64,000 nt of DNA from Azolla caroliniana (Eukaryota > Plantae > Polypodiophyta). The stretch spans positions 97,030-161,029 of the forward strand of contig JBHGNT010000059.1 in NCBI GenBank assembly GCA_043228905.1, read 5' to 3'. A program made the translations under genes and the position numbers. Below, piece after piece: positions 21,525 through 33,267 of this stretch; the stretch's first letter is position 1; each line of letters starts with the position of its first letter. The notes beneath the pieces were generated by a model. The model was not told the DNA's origin and searched no databases. It saw only the letters and a program-made list of their open reading frames with translations.

Positions 21525-23546
21525 ATGGAGAATCAACAAGAGGCGATGAACATGATGATGATAATGTTTGAGCGGATGCAACAAGAACAACGTGCGATGT
21601 CGGAGATGAAGGCGGCAGTAGAGCGGCTTCTGCGACGAAACGGGGAATTCAACGGTAAGGGTGTGTCACGCTACCTACGTGAATATAAGGCGGAGATGAT
21701 GCAATATCGGATACCGGAAGGATTGCAAGTGATATCCTTTAGTCGGGTGGCCTCGGATGAACTACAAGAGAGAATCCACAAGATACAACAACAAAACTCG
21801 ACATGGGAGTCCTTTGAAGAAGCTTTACGGGAGGCATATGACTATGAGAGATGGACGGGACGAGATCGACGAGAATTCGACGAATGGGTGGCGTCGGAGA
21901 AGACTCACCGAAGTGCAACGCAAGCGTTCCTAGAGTTCGAGCATCGTTTTGCTCGACTCTCGGAGCGGAAACGACGATTGGTGGGAGAAGATAAAGTCTT
22001 AATGTTCGTAAGATCGATCGATCGGAAAGAAAGGATGGACATTGGGATCAAACTCGAAGATGATGACGGTGCGAACGGCCTTACCGAGGATTGGGCCAAA
22101 GTCGAAAGGGTATGCCGAAGACATGATGAAAGGAAGCTGAGAATCTCGTCAACAACGACATGGCCCATGAAGGATGGTCGATTGAGGAAAAACGATGAAG
22201 CCAATATGAAGGCCGAAATACAACATGATGGTACCACGGGAGAAAGAGTGGAACAAGACACCCACTCGTCTTGTGAAAGAACGATGGCGAAGGATAAGGC
22301 CGATAATTCAAGTGTAGAAGGAAATTTCGGGATACAAGTGCCCGAGACATCGGGTCAAAAAGGGGTAAGCATAATAGATGTTTGCATAATTGATGCAGAT
22401 AAAGAGTGTGAAGCGGATGTGATTAAGGAGGTAGCCACAAAAGACGAAATCGAATCGGAGGTGGCTATGGACGAATCAATGGCGGATTGCCATATCGAGA
22501 CTTCCCCACCACTGATTCCAGAGACTCCGGCGGTTGCGATCGAAAGGCAACGTGAGACCGAAGAGACGGAAGGTGGCGGAGAGAAAACGAATGTCGAAGC
22601 CGACGAATACGATGAAGAGATAGCCGAGAAGAATGCTAAGGGTGAAACTACGAAAGAAGGTAATACCGAGGATTCATGCCAACAATATCTAGAGACTTCG
22701 TCGGTTGTGTCCGAGAACCAACGTGAGACCGGAGAGACGGGAGATGACGGCGAGGAAGGTAAAGTCGGAAGTCGGTTCGGATGGAAAATGATCCATCCGA
22801 AATTCCAATCTAAAAGAAAGTGCGACAATGCGGAGGTCGGGTCTACGACGGGAGAAGCGCGTAATACAGAGCATGCTCTACGGCGAATAAAGAAACGCGT
22901 GTTATTGCGAATAAAGAAGCACGCGCTACGGCGAGAAAAGAAGCATGCATTACAACCACACGAGGACCGAACAACGAGCACATATCGGAGGACCTACGTG
23001 GCGAACAACGGAAAGAAGTGCCGAAAGTCGAACCGAACAAGGCAGGTGAAAACGAAGAAAAGAAAGCAAATCCGGACGAAAAGAAAAGAAAAGAAACCGA
23101 CCCGAAAGAGCACTGAATCGGTAAAAACCGATCAACCGAGTCCGGATCGACCGAATACAAATCGGAAAGGAAGCCGAACTAAACGAAAGACGATCCGACG
23201 AGACCGAATCGGAAGTAAGCTAATCCGACTAAACCGAAAATCCGAAAAGAAGTCGAGATTGATGAAGAAAAGAAAGAGGGCAAGAAAAGATACTACCGCG
23301 GATGACAAGGACCAAGCGGGCCATGCAAAAAGCGAACGAAGACTATGGTGGATCGGATGTCGACAATGGTTCGGGTGGAAAGAATGGATGTGCTCCAAAT
23401 GGAGAGACAAAGTCAACATAACAAGAGAAGTCGAGGGTACTACGAGCCGGCAACGAAACCAATCGGGTAGAGACCGGACGGAGGAGACTAACAAACACCA
23501 ACAACTTCGGCACATACCGGAGAATGTGCGGGTTTGGAGGGGGTGA
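21525..23546 (+). CDS. Gag-derived protein with acidic, basic and Trp-rich C-terminal extension (variant A)
   Basis: N-terminus aligns by eye to the gag at 3028 (GEFNGKGVSRYLREYKAEM vs GRFDGRDATKYLASYGAEM; GLTEDWAKVERVC vs GLTTDWAAVKKVC); no CCHC or protease. Confidence 0.8.
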   Translation: MENQQEAMNMMMIMFERMQQEQRAMSEMKAAVERLLRRNGEFNGKGVSRYLREYKAEMMQYRIPEGLQVISFSRVASDELQERIHKIQQQNSTWESFEEALREAYDYERWTGRDRREFDEWVASEKTHRSATQAFLEFEHRFARLSERKRRLVGEDKVLMFVRSIDRKERMDIGIKLEDDDGANGLTEDWAKVERVCRRHDERKLRISSTTTWPMKDGRLRKNDEANMKAEIQHDGTTGERVEQDTHSSCERTMAKDKADNSSVEGNFGIQVPETSGQKGVSIIDVCIIDADKECEADVIKEVATKDEIESEVAMDESMADCHIETSPPLIPETPAVAIERQRETEETEGGGEKTNVEADEYDEEIAEKNAKGETTKEGNTEDSCQQYLETSSVVSENQRETGETGDDGEEGKVGSRFGWKMIHPKFQSKRKCDNAEVGSTTGEARNTEHALRRIKKRVLLRIKKHALRREKKHALQPHEDRTTSTYRRTYVANNGKKCRKSNRTRQVKTKKRKQIRTKRKEKKPTRKSTESVKTDQPSPDRPNTNRKGSRTKRKTIRRDRIGSKLIRLNRKSEKKSRLMKKRKRARKDTTADDKDQAGHAKSERRLWWIGCRQWFGWKEWMCSKWRDKVNITREVEGTTSRQRNQSGRDRTEETNKHQQLRHIPENVRVWRG

Positions 23547-24765
23547 GTGTCGTAGTGTATTTTGTACACTACGTGAAAAACGTATATAGTATTAGATTCA
23601 ATAAAAAATGAAGAAATAGAAGAAAATAGCAAAATAAATGGAACATGCATAGGGCAAGATTCGAACCTTGCACCTCCATGTTAATAATGTAATGTCTTAC
23701 CATTACACTAGCATTTCATTAGTGTTAAAGTATAGATGTCCCACATAGAAAGGTAAATTCACGCTAGGATAAACATTAGAAAAACGCATAACAAAAGAAA
23801 AAGCTACACATACACATCTAGCGTGCATGATAAAAAACGCACAAGTTAGAAAAAGCATGATCACTTTAGATAAAGCATATAGTCTATCTATAGGAAAAGC
23901 ATGAGCACTATATTTAGCAAATAAAAGCAAGGATTAGAAAAGCATCACATGCACATTTAGTGTGCATGAACATATTAGAAAAAAAGCATGTAGCTATGCT
24001 TAGTCTCTCCCATCACTACATAAGGATGGGGAGCACAATGTAATAGGTGTGTGAAAAATATTTGGGAAATTGGATATATTTCCTAAAACACCAATTAATA
24101 TAATCGTGGGATTCACGAAGTTTTATATAATCTATCTCTTTCAATCTAAATTCATATTCTTACATAATTATTGATTAATGTAATACTTGTGGGATTCACA
24201 AGGTTTGATCTCTTTTCTATTTCTACTCTAAACTATTCTAAACTATATCAATTTATTACTATGATTAGTACAAACTAAAACAACTCTACTTGTGGGATTC
24301 ACAAGCTTCTAATAATCTATACATAATTAAAATCACCTCAAATTCTTCCTCTTCCTAGTCCAAAACCCCAGCGGTTCCCACCCAACTCACGCAACGATCC
24401 GGAGCCGAAAGGCACGAGAAGCACAATGTAATTGTGTGTGAAAAATATTTGGAAACTGGATATGTTTCTAAAAAACACCAATTAATAAACTATACTCGTG
24501 GGATTCACGAGGATTCTATATCATTCTCTTTCAACCGAAGTTTATATTCTTATATTCATATTGATTAATCTAATACAATACACTCGTGGGATTCACGAGT
24601 TTGCTATAACTCTTTCTTACAACATATTTATATTCTTATTAGCCTTAAAACTCTCCTCTTCCTAGTCCAAAACCCCAGCGGTTCCCACCCGACTCACGCA
24701 AACGATCCGGAGCCGAAAGGCACGACACAGTTGGTGAACCCGACGTGAAGACGGGTGGCAAGGAG

Positions 24766-26412
24766 ATGGAGAATCAACAAGAGGCGATGAACATGATGAT
24801 GATAATGTTTGAGCGGATGCAACAAGAACAACGTGCGATGTCGGAGATGAAGGCGGCAGTAGAGCGGCTTCTGCGACGAAACGGGGAATTCAACGGTAAG
24901 GGTGTGTCACGCTACCTACGTGAATATAAGGCGGAGATGATGCAATATCGGATACCGGAAGGATTGCAAGTGATATCCTTTAGTCGGGTGGCCTCGGACG
25001 AACTACAAGAGAGAATCCACAAGATACAACAACAAAACTCGACATGGGAGTCCTTTGAAGAAGCTTTACGGGAGGCATATGACTATGAGAGATGGACGGG
25101 ACGAGATCGACGAGAATTCGACGAATGGGTGGCGTCGGAGAAGACTCACCGAAGTGCAACGCAAGCGTTCCTAGAGTTCGAGCATCGTTTTGCTCGACTC
25201 TCGGAGCGGGAACGAAGATTGGTGGGAGAAGATAAAGTCTTAATGTTCGTAAGATCGATCGATCGGAAAGAAAGGATGGACATTGGGATCGAACTCGAAG
25301 ATGATGACGGTGCGAACGGCCTTACCGAGGATTGGGCTAAAGTCGAAAGGGTATGCCAAAGACATGATGAAAGGAAGCTGAGAATCTCGTCAACAACGAC
25401 ATGGCCCATGAAGGATGGTCGATTGAGGAAAAACGATGAAGCCAATATGAAGGCCGAAATACAACATGATGGTACCACGGGAGAAAGAGTGGAACAAGAC
25501 ACCCACTCGTCTTGTGAAAGAACGATGGCGAAGGATAAGGCCGATAATTCAAGTGTAGAAGGAAATTTCGGGATACAAGTGCCCGAGACATCGGGTCAAA
25601 AAGGGGTAAGCATAATAGATGTTTGCATAATTGATGCAGATAAAGAGTGTGAAGCGGATGTGATTAAGGAGGTAGCCACAAAAGACGAAATCGAATCGGA
25701 GGTGGCTATGGACGAATCAATGGCGGATTGCCATATCGAGACTTCCCCACCACTGATTCCAGAGACTCCAGCGGTTGCGTTCGAAAGGCAACGTGAGACC
25801 GAAGAGACGGAAGGTGGCGGAGAGAAAACAAAGGTCGAAGTCGATGCATACGACGGAGAGATAGCCGAGAATATGGCTATGGGTGAAACAATGGAGGATG
25901 ATAATACCGAGGATTCCTACCCACTAATTCTAGAGACTTCGGCGGTTGTATTCGAGAACCAACGTGAGACCGGAGAGACAGGAGGTGGCGGCAAGAAAGG
26001 TAAAGTCGGAAGCCGGTTCGGATGGAAGGTGATCCGGACAGGATTCCGATCCGAAAGAAAGCCAACCGAAACCGAAAGCGATAGATCGAAACCGGGCCGG
26101 AAGGAGACCGACTCAATCGAAACCGAACAACCGATTCCGATTCGGCCGAATACGAATCCGATCAGAAGCCGATCAAACCGAAAGTCGATCGGACGAGAGC
26201 GATCCGGAAAAAAGTCAAGGTTGATGAAGACAAGAAAGAGGCCAGTAAAAGACACTACCACGAATGACAAGGGCCAAGAATATGACGAGAGAGAACAAAG
26301 AATATGGTGGATCGGATGGCGACAATGGTTCGGGTGGAAAGAATGGGTCTACTCAAAATGGAGAGACAAAGTTGACATAGCGGGACAAACAGAGGATGAA
26401 GGAGGAGACTAA
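24766..26412 (+). CDS. Gag-derived protein (variant B, shorter C-terminus)
   Basis: First ~360 aa almost identical to variant A, diverged afterwards, but retains WWIGWRQWFGWKEW..SKWRDK. Confidence 0.8.
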   Translation: MENQQEAMNMMMIMFERMQQEQRAMSEMKAAVERLLRRNGEFNGKGVSRYLREYKAEMMQYRIPEGLQVISFSRVASDELQERIHKIQQQNSTWESFEEALREAYDYERWTGRDRREFDEWVASEKTHRSATQAFLEFEHRFARLSERERRLVGEDKVLMFVRSIDRKERMDIGIELEDDDGANGLTEDWAKVERVCQRHDERKLRISSTTTWPMKDGRLRKNDEANMKAEIQHDGTTGERVEQDTHSSCERTMAKDKADNSSVEGNFGIQVPETSGQKGVSIIDVCIIDADKECEADVIKEVATKDEIESEVAMDESMADCHIETSPPLIPETPAVAFERQRETEETEGGGEKTKVEVDAYDGEIAENMAMGETMEDDNTEDSYPLILETSAVVFENQRETGETGGGGKKGKVGSRFGWKVIRTGFRSERKPTETESDRSKPGRKETDSIETEQPIPIRPNTNPIRSRSNRKSIGRERSGKKSRLMKTRKRPVKDTTTNDKGQEYDEREQRIWWIGWRQWFGWKEWVYSKWRDKVDIAGQTEDEGGD

Positions 26413-28560
26413 CAAACACCAACAACTTCGGCACATACCGGAGGATGTGCGGGTTTGGAGGGGGTGAGTGTCGTAGTGTATTTTGTACACTACGTGAAAA
26501 ACGTATATAGTATTAGATTCAATAAAAAAAAATGAAGAAATAGAAGAAAATAGCAAAATAAATGGAACATGCATAGGGCAAGATTCGAACCTTGCACCTC
26601 CATGTTAATAATGTAATGTCTTACCATTACACTAGCATTTCATTAGTGTTAAAGCATAGATGTCCCACATAGAAAGATAAATTCACGCTAGGATAAACAT
26701 TAGAAAAACGCATAACAAAAGAAAAAGCTACACATACACATCTAGCGTGCATGATAAAAAACGCACAAGTTAGAAAAAAGCATGATCACTTTAGATAAAG
26801 CATATAGTCTATCTATAGGAAAAGCATGGGGTCTATAGTTAGAGAAAAAGCATGGATTACTAAGACTTCCTCATCACTACATAAGGATGGGAAGCACAAT
26901 GTAATTGTGTGTGAAAAATATTTGGAAACTGGATATGTTTCTAAAAAACACCAATTAATAAACTATACTCGTGGGATTCACGAGGATTCTATATCATTCT
27001 CTTTCAACCGAAGTTTATATTCTTATATTCATATTGATTAATCTAATACAATACACTCGTGGGATTCACGAGTTTGCTATAACTCTTTCTTACAACATAT
27101 TTATATTCTTATTAGCCTTAAAACTCTCCTCTTCCTAGTCCAAAACCCCAGCGGTTCCCACCCGACTCACGCAAACGATCCGGAGCCGAAAGGCACGACA
27201 CAAGTGTCGTAGTGTATTTTGTACACTACGTGAAAAACGTATATAGTATTAGATTCAATAAAAAATGAAGAAATAGAAGAAAATAGCAAAATAAATGGAA
27301 CATGCATAGGGCAAGATTCGAACCTTGCACCTCCATGTTAATAATATAATGTCTTACCATTACACTAGCATTTCATTAGTGTTAAAGCATAGATGTCCCA
27401 CATAGAAAGGTAAATTCACGCTAGGATAAACATTAGAAAAACGCATAACAAAAGAAAAAGCTACACATACACATCTAGCGTGCATGATAAAAAACGCACA
27501 AGTTAGAAAAAGCACGATCACTTTAGATAAAGCATATAGTCTATCTATAGGAAAAGCATGGGGTCTATAGTTAGAGAAAAAGCATGGATTACTAAGACTT
27601 CCTCATCACTACATAAGGATGGGGAGCACAATGTAATTGTGTGTGAGAAATATTTGGAAATTGGATATATTTCCGAAAACACCAACCGATTAATATAATC
27701 GTGGGATTCACGAAAATAATATAATCTATACTTGTGGGATTCACAAGTTTCTTATATCTTTCTTTCAATCTAAATACATATTCTTATCTAAATATTGATT
27801 AATCGAATACAATACACTCGTGGGATTCACGAGATTCTTATCTTATAACTCTTTATACCTATTGTTTACTAGCCTTATTTGTATTTTTCTTCCTCCTAGT
27901 CCAAAACCTCGGCGGTTCCCACCCGACTCACGCAAACGATCCGGAGCCGAAAGGCACGACACAGTTGGTGAACCCGACGTGATTACAAGATCCGTCGTCG
28001 TTGTGGACGCTGCAACCACCGGAGGAATATGAAGGTGGCACCATTCAAGGACAACATTTCTAGGTGAAACATGCGTGGGTTGGTTGGTTCACACGATGAT
28101 GAAAATGGTAGATAGACATGGTAATGTCATGTGGAATCATGTTTGTAGTAGGAGTTACGATCAGCCACTACTATTGCGCACATCATGGTACGGCGAGACA
28201 CGGCATTGTATGAGGGTGGCTTCAATACAACATTGTGATGGCATCGACGTTTGACGAGTTTCGCGTTGCTCGTGAGAGAGATAGCGATAGATGGATAGCG
28301 ATAGATATAGGTAGGGTGGGAGTGGGTAGTGTGCGTGTGGGCACGTTACCTAATCATGTGTGCGTGGAGTTTCATTTTGCTTGTGCAATGAGCGAGCGAG
28401 GGCACGCGACCTGATCGTGCGTGCGTGCGTGCGTGTTGTGCGCGAGCGTGGGAGAAATATGATTGAGAGGGTTATGAGAACGTCAAGACACCACACAGAG
28501 CACACCATTTACATTTACGATGTTCAGAAAGTGTATAGTTGAAAAAGTTATGTACGTTCT

Positions 28561-29637
28561 TTAAAAGTGGCGAATACAAGCGCGTGGGCGAAGATCACAT
28601 TGTTGGAGAAGGCGAGAGGTTGCCACGCTTAGAAGTTGTTCCTCCTCACCGGCCTTGAAACGACGACGTTGTTCCTCATCTTGTCGTCCGGTCATGCGAT
28701 AACGGCGCTCGTCCTCCTCGCGCTCGCTACTGTCTCTCTCTCGCTCGGCATCCTCTTCCCATTGACGACGTTCCCTTGACACTTGGCTATGGCGGTGACC
28801 ATCATTGCGTGCCTCTTCTCCGCTAATGTATAAGGCCTCGCGGAGGCGGTTGCAACGCTCTTCTACGGGGATTTGTTCCACGTTCCTGCAGCATCTTTCG
28901 GAGGGCCTTGCATATCGGCTGATTTCATCCCAAGAGGTGCGACGGCTTCGTCCACGTTCTTCCTTCTCATTACGTTCTTGTAGGTGGCGGACCTGCCCAT
29001 CGACGAAGTTTTGGCACTCTTGCCTCAACTCTCGGTCTCGTGGCTCATCGCGATCGCGGCCGCGACGATCCCGTTCCTCTTCGGACTCTCTCTTGTTGTC
29101 TCTGCGACGTCCTTCATCGAGGGATCCTTCACGACGTCGGTCGCGCCTCTCCTGCTCGACATCCTCCTCCCTACGTCGATCGCGCCTCTCGTCGCGTGAC
29201 TCATCACGATCGCGACCGCGACGATCCCGTTCCTCTTCGGACTCTCTCTTGTTGTCTCCGTAGCGCCCCTCCTCGATGGACCCCTCGCGACGTCCCCCGC
29301 GCCTCTCCTCATCGAAATCCTCCTCCCTGCGTCGATCGCGCCTCTCCTCACGTGGCTCATCGCGATCGTGACTGCGACGATCCCGGTCCTCATCCGACCC
29401 TCTCTTGTTGTCTCTGTAGCGCCTCTCATCGATGGATCCCTCACGACGTCCGCTGCGCCTCTCCTCGTCGACATCCTCCTCCCTACGTCGATCGCGTCTC
29501 TCCTCGTCAATGTCTCCCTCTCTTCGTCGATCGCGCCTCTCCTCTTCGCGATCCCGTCCTACAGATCTAGCATTGGCCGCGCCGCAGGCGGCTAGCATGA
29601 TAACCGCCATGAGGAATATGATAGTGAGCTTCGCCAT
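28561..29637 (-). CDS. 2S albumin-like storage protein, copy 7
   Basis: 358-aa intact ORF. Confidence 0.85.
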   Translation of the reverse strand: MAKLTIIFLMAVIMLAACGAANARSVGRDREEERRDRRREGDIDEERRDRRREEDVDEERRSGRREGSIDERRYRDNKRGSDEDRDRRSHDRDEPREERRDRRREEDFDEERRGGRREGSIEEGRYGDNKRESEEERDRRGRDRDESRDERRDRRREEDVEQERRDRRREGSLDEGRRRDNKRESEEERDRRGRDRDEPRDRELRQECQNFVDGQVRHLQERNEKEERGRSRRTSWDEISRYARPSERCCRNVEQIPVEERCNRLREALYISGEEARNDGHRHSQVSRERRQWEEDAERERDSSEREEDERRYRMTGRQDEEQRRRFKAGEEEQLLSVATSRLLQQCDLRPRACIRHF

Positions 29638-30760
29638 TGCTTGTGTTCGGAACTACCCCGGTTCTCTCTCCGCCTATTTGAGCGTGTCATGGTTGATCCA
29701 CCCTTATATACACAAGGCCATGCATGTCTAGTACATGCATGTCCCTTCCCACGTCCATTCCTATAGACGTTAATGGCATGATCCATACTTGGGCCACGGA
29801 AGAGACCATTCACTTTTCACCACCCCCCTTTACGTGTCCAGGATCCTCCTGCTTCGACCTACCATATCACTAGCCCTATACTCACCTCCATCACACCAGG
29901 AGTGGGATTATGCACTTGGGCATTTCAAATCTACTAACCTATGGACGCTTCGTCCATATTGCAACGTAGACAGTATGTAACCTCATGATAGCCACCTACA
30001 CATGTGATGCCATTGAGGTTGTAGAGTGCGTATGGGCCTCGTAAAACGAGGATAAGGTGGTGAGAAAAGGTTTTTAGGGTGTTGGTTCTCTCCACGAAAA
30101 CGTGCTCGGTGGTTGTGGCCACGAGGGAGTTTAGAATCCATTGCGACCAACATACGGACGACGACACGCGTTTTCATTGTGATTACAAGATCCGTCGTCG
30201 TTGTGGACGCTGCAACCACCGGAGGAATATGAAGGTGGCACCATTCAAGGACAACATTTCTAGGTGAAACATGCGTGGGTTGGTTGGTTCACACGATGAT
30301 GAAAATGGTAGATAGACATGGGAATGTCATGTGGAATCATGTTTGTAGTAGGAGTTACGATCAGCCACTACTATTGCGCACATCATGGTACGGCGAGACA
30401 CGGCATTGTATGAGGGTGGCTTCAATACAACATTGTGATGGCATCGACGTTTGACGAGTTTCGCGTTGCTCGTGAGAGAGATAGCGATAGATGGATAGCG
30501 ATAGATATAGGTAGGGTGGGAGTGGGTAGTGTGCGTGTGGGCACGTTACCTAATCATGTGTGCGTGGAGTTTCATTTTGCTTGTGCAATGAGCGAGCGAG
30601 GGCACGCGACCTGATCGTGCGTGCGTGCGTGCGTGTTGTGCGCGAGCGTGGGAGAAATATGATTGAGAGGGTTATGAGAACGTCAAGACACCACACAGAG
30701 CACACCATTTACATTTACGATGTTCAGAAAGTGTATAGTTGAAAAAGTTATGTACGTTCT

Positions 30761-31837
30761 TTAAAAGTGGCGAATACAAGCGCGTGGGCGAAGATCACAT
30801 TGTTGGAGAAGGCGAGAGGTTGCCACGCTTAGAAGTTGTTCCTCCTCACCGGCCTTGAAACGACGACGTTGTTCCTCATCTTGTCGTCCGGTCATGCGAT
30901 AACGGCGCTCGTCCTCCTCGCGCTCGCTACTGTCTCTCTCTCGCTCGGCATCCTCTTCCCATTGACGACGTTCCCTTGACACTTGGCTATGGCGGTGACC
31001 ATCATTGCGTGCCTCTTCTCCGCTAATGTATAAGGCCTCGCGGAGGCGGTTGCAACGCTCTTCTACGGGGATTTGTTCCACGTTCCTGCAGCATCTTTCG
31101 AAGGGCCTTGCATATCGGCTGATTTCATCCCAAGAGGTGCGACGGCTTCGTCCACGTTCTTCCTTCTCATTACGTTCTTGTAGGTGGCGGACCTTCCTAT
31201 CGACGAAGTTTTGGCACTCTTGCCTCAACTCTCGGTCTCGTGGCTCATCGCGATCGCGGCCGCGACGATCCCGTTCCTCTTCGGACTCTCTCTTGTTGTC
31301 TCTGCGACGTCCTTCATCGAGGGATCCTTCACGACGTCGGTCGCGCCTCTCCTGCTCGACATCCTCCTCCCTACGTCGATCGCGCCTCTCGTCCCGTGAC
31401 TCATCACGATCCCGACCGCGACGATCCCGTTCCTCTTCGGACTCTCTCTTGTTGTCTCCGTAGCGCCCCTCCTCGATGGACCCCTCGCGACGTCCCCCGC
31501 GCCTCTCCTCATCGAAATCCTCCTCCCTGCGTCGATCGCGCCTCTCCTCACGTGGCTCATCGCGATCGTGACTGCGACGATCCCGGTCCTCATCCGACGC
31601 TCTCTTGTTGTCTCTGTAGCGCCTCTCATCGATGGATCCCTCACGACGTCCGCTGCGCCTCTCCTCGTCGACATCCTCCTCCCTACGTCGATCGCGTCTC
31701 TCCTCGTCAATGTCTCCCTCTCTTCGTCGATTGCGCCTCTCCTCTTCGCGATCCCGTCCTACAGATCTAGCATTGGCCGCGCCGCAGGCGGCTAGCATGA
31801 TAACCGCCATGAGGAATATGATAGTGAGCTTCGCCAT
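30761..31837 (-). CDS. 2S albumin-like storage protein, copy 8
   Basis: 358-aa intact ORF with several substitutions (DRKV, PFE). Confidence 0.83.
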   Translation of the reverse strand: MAKLTIIFLMAVIMLAACGAANARSVGRDREEERRNRRREGDIDEERRDRRREEDVDEERRSGRREGSIDERRYRDNKRASDEDRDRRSHDRDEPREERRDRRREEDFDEERRGGRREGSIEEGRYGDNKRESEEERDRRGRDRDESRDERRDRRREEDVEQERRDRRREGSLDEGRRRDNKRESEEERDRRGRDRDEPRDRELRQECQNFVDRKVRHLQERNEKEERGRSRRTSWDEISRYARPFERCCRNVEQIPVEERCNRLREALYISGEEARNDGHRHSQVSRERRQWEEDAERERDSSEREEDERRYRMTGRQDEEQRRRFKAGEEEQLLSVATSRLLQQCDLRPRACIRHF

Positions 31838-33267
31838 TGCTTGTGTTCGGAACTACCCCGGTTCTCTCTCCGCCTATTTGAGCGTGTCATGGTTGATCCA
31901 CCCTTATATACACAAGGCCATGCATGTCTAGTACATGCATGTCCCTTCCCACGTCCATTCCTATAGACGTTAATGGCATGATCCATACTTGGGCCACGGA
32001 AGAGACCATTCACTTTTCACCACCCCCCTTTACGTGTCCAGGATCCTCCTGCTTCGACCTACCATATCACTAGCCCTATACTCACCTCCATCACACCAGG
32101 AGTGGGATTATGCACTTGGGCATTTCAAATCTACTAACCTATGGACGCTTCGTCCATATTGCAACGTAGACAGTATGTAACCTCATGATAGCCACCTACA
32201 CATGTGATGCCATTGAGGTTGTAGAGTGCGTATGGGCCTCGTAAAACGAGGATAAGGTGGTGAGAAAAGGTTTTTAGGGTGTTGGTTCTCTCCACGAAAA
32301 CGTGCTCGGTGGTTGTGGCCACGAGGGAGTTTAGAATCCATTGCGACCAACATACGGACGACGACACGCGTTTTCATTGTGATTACAAGATCCGTCGTCG
32401 TTGTGGACGCTGCAACCACCGGAGGAATATGAAGGTGGCACCATTCAAGGACAACATTTCTAGGTGAAACATGCGTGGGTTGGTTGGTTCACACGATGAT
32501 GAAAATGGTAGATAGACATGGGAATGTCATGTGGAATCATGTTTGTAGTAGGAGTTACGATCAGCCACTACTATTGCGCACATCATGGTACGGCGAGACA
32601 CGGCATTGTATGAGGGTGGCTTCAATACAACATTGTGATGGCATCGACGTTTGACGAGTTTCGCGTTGCTCGTGAGAGAGATAGCGATAGATGGATAGCG
32701 ATAGATATAGGTAGGGTGGGAATGGGTAGTGTGCGTGTGGGCACGTTACCTAATCATGTGTGCGTGGAGTTTCATTTTGCTTGTGCAATGAGCGAGCGAG
32801 GGCACGCGACTTGATCGTGCGTGCGTGCGTGCGTGCGTGTTGTGCGCGAGCGTGGGAGAAATATGATTGAGAGGGTTATGAGAACGTCAAGACACCACAC
32901 AGAGCACACCATTTGGGTGAAAGCATGCGAGTGGAAACAATTAGCTATGTCCTTGACATAGCTAATTAGCTATGCAAAAAGCTACCATTGATAAATAGTC
33001 ATTTTAGTAAAAAGCCATCATGAATAAATTAAGTATGCAAAAAACTACCATTGAAAATACTAGAGTGTTTTAATTACATATGTAAATGAGTGCCATAAAT
33101 GTGCAACATAAATTGATGTGTGCACCATAAATGTGTACCATAAATTATATATCGAATTCCTAGGGCCATTATGCATGATCCTTTGCCACATCACGTTGGC
33201 CATCTCTAGTTGAGTACTGTGGGTTAGTTGCTACCACTGTTGCTAAACCCTATCGAGTCCACCTGCC

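Larger units (their letters stand above)
20615..27982 (+). mobile_element. Concatemer of non-autonomous gag-only LTR retroelements (TR-GAG-like): LTR-gag-LTR(composite)-gag-LTR-LTR-PBS
   Basis: LTRs TGTCGT...ACGACA at 20615-21486, 23548-24727 (composite), 26469-27200, 27205-27961; tRNA-Trp PBS at 21491, 24732, 27966; PPT GGAGGGGGTGAG; no pol. Confidence 0.9.
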
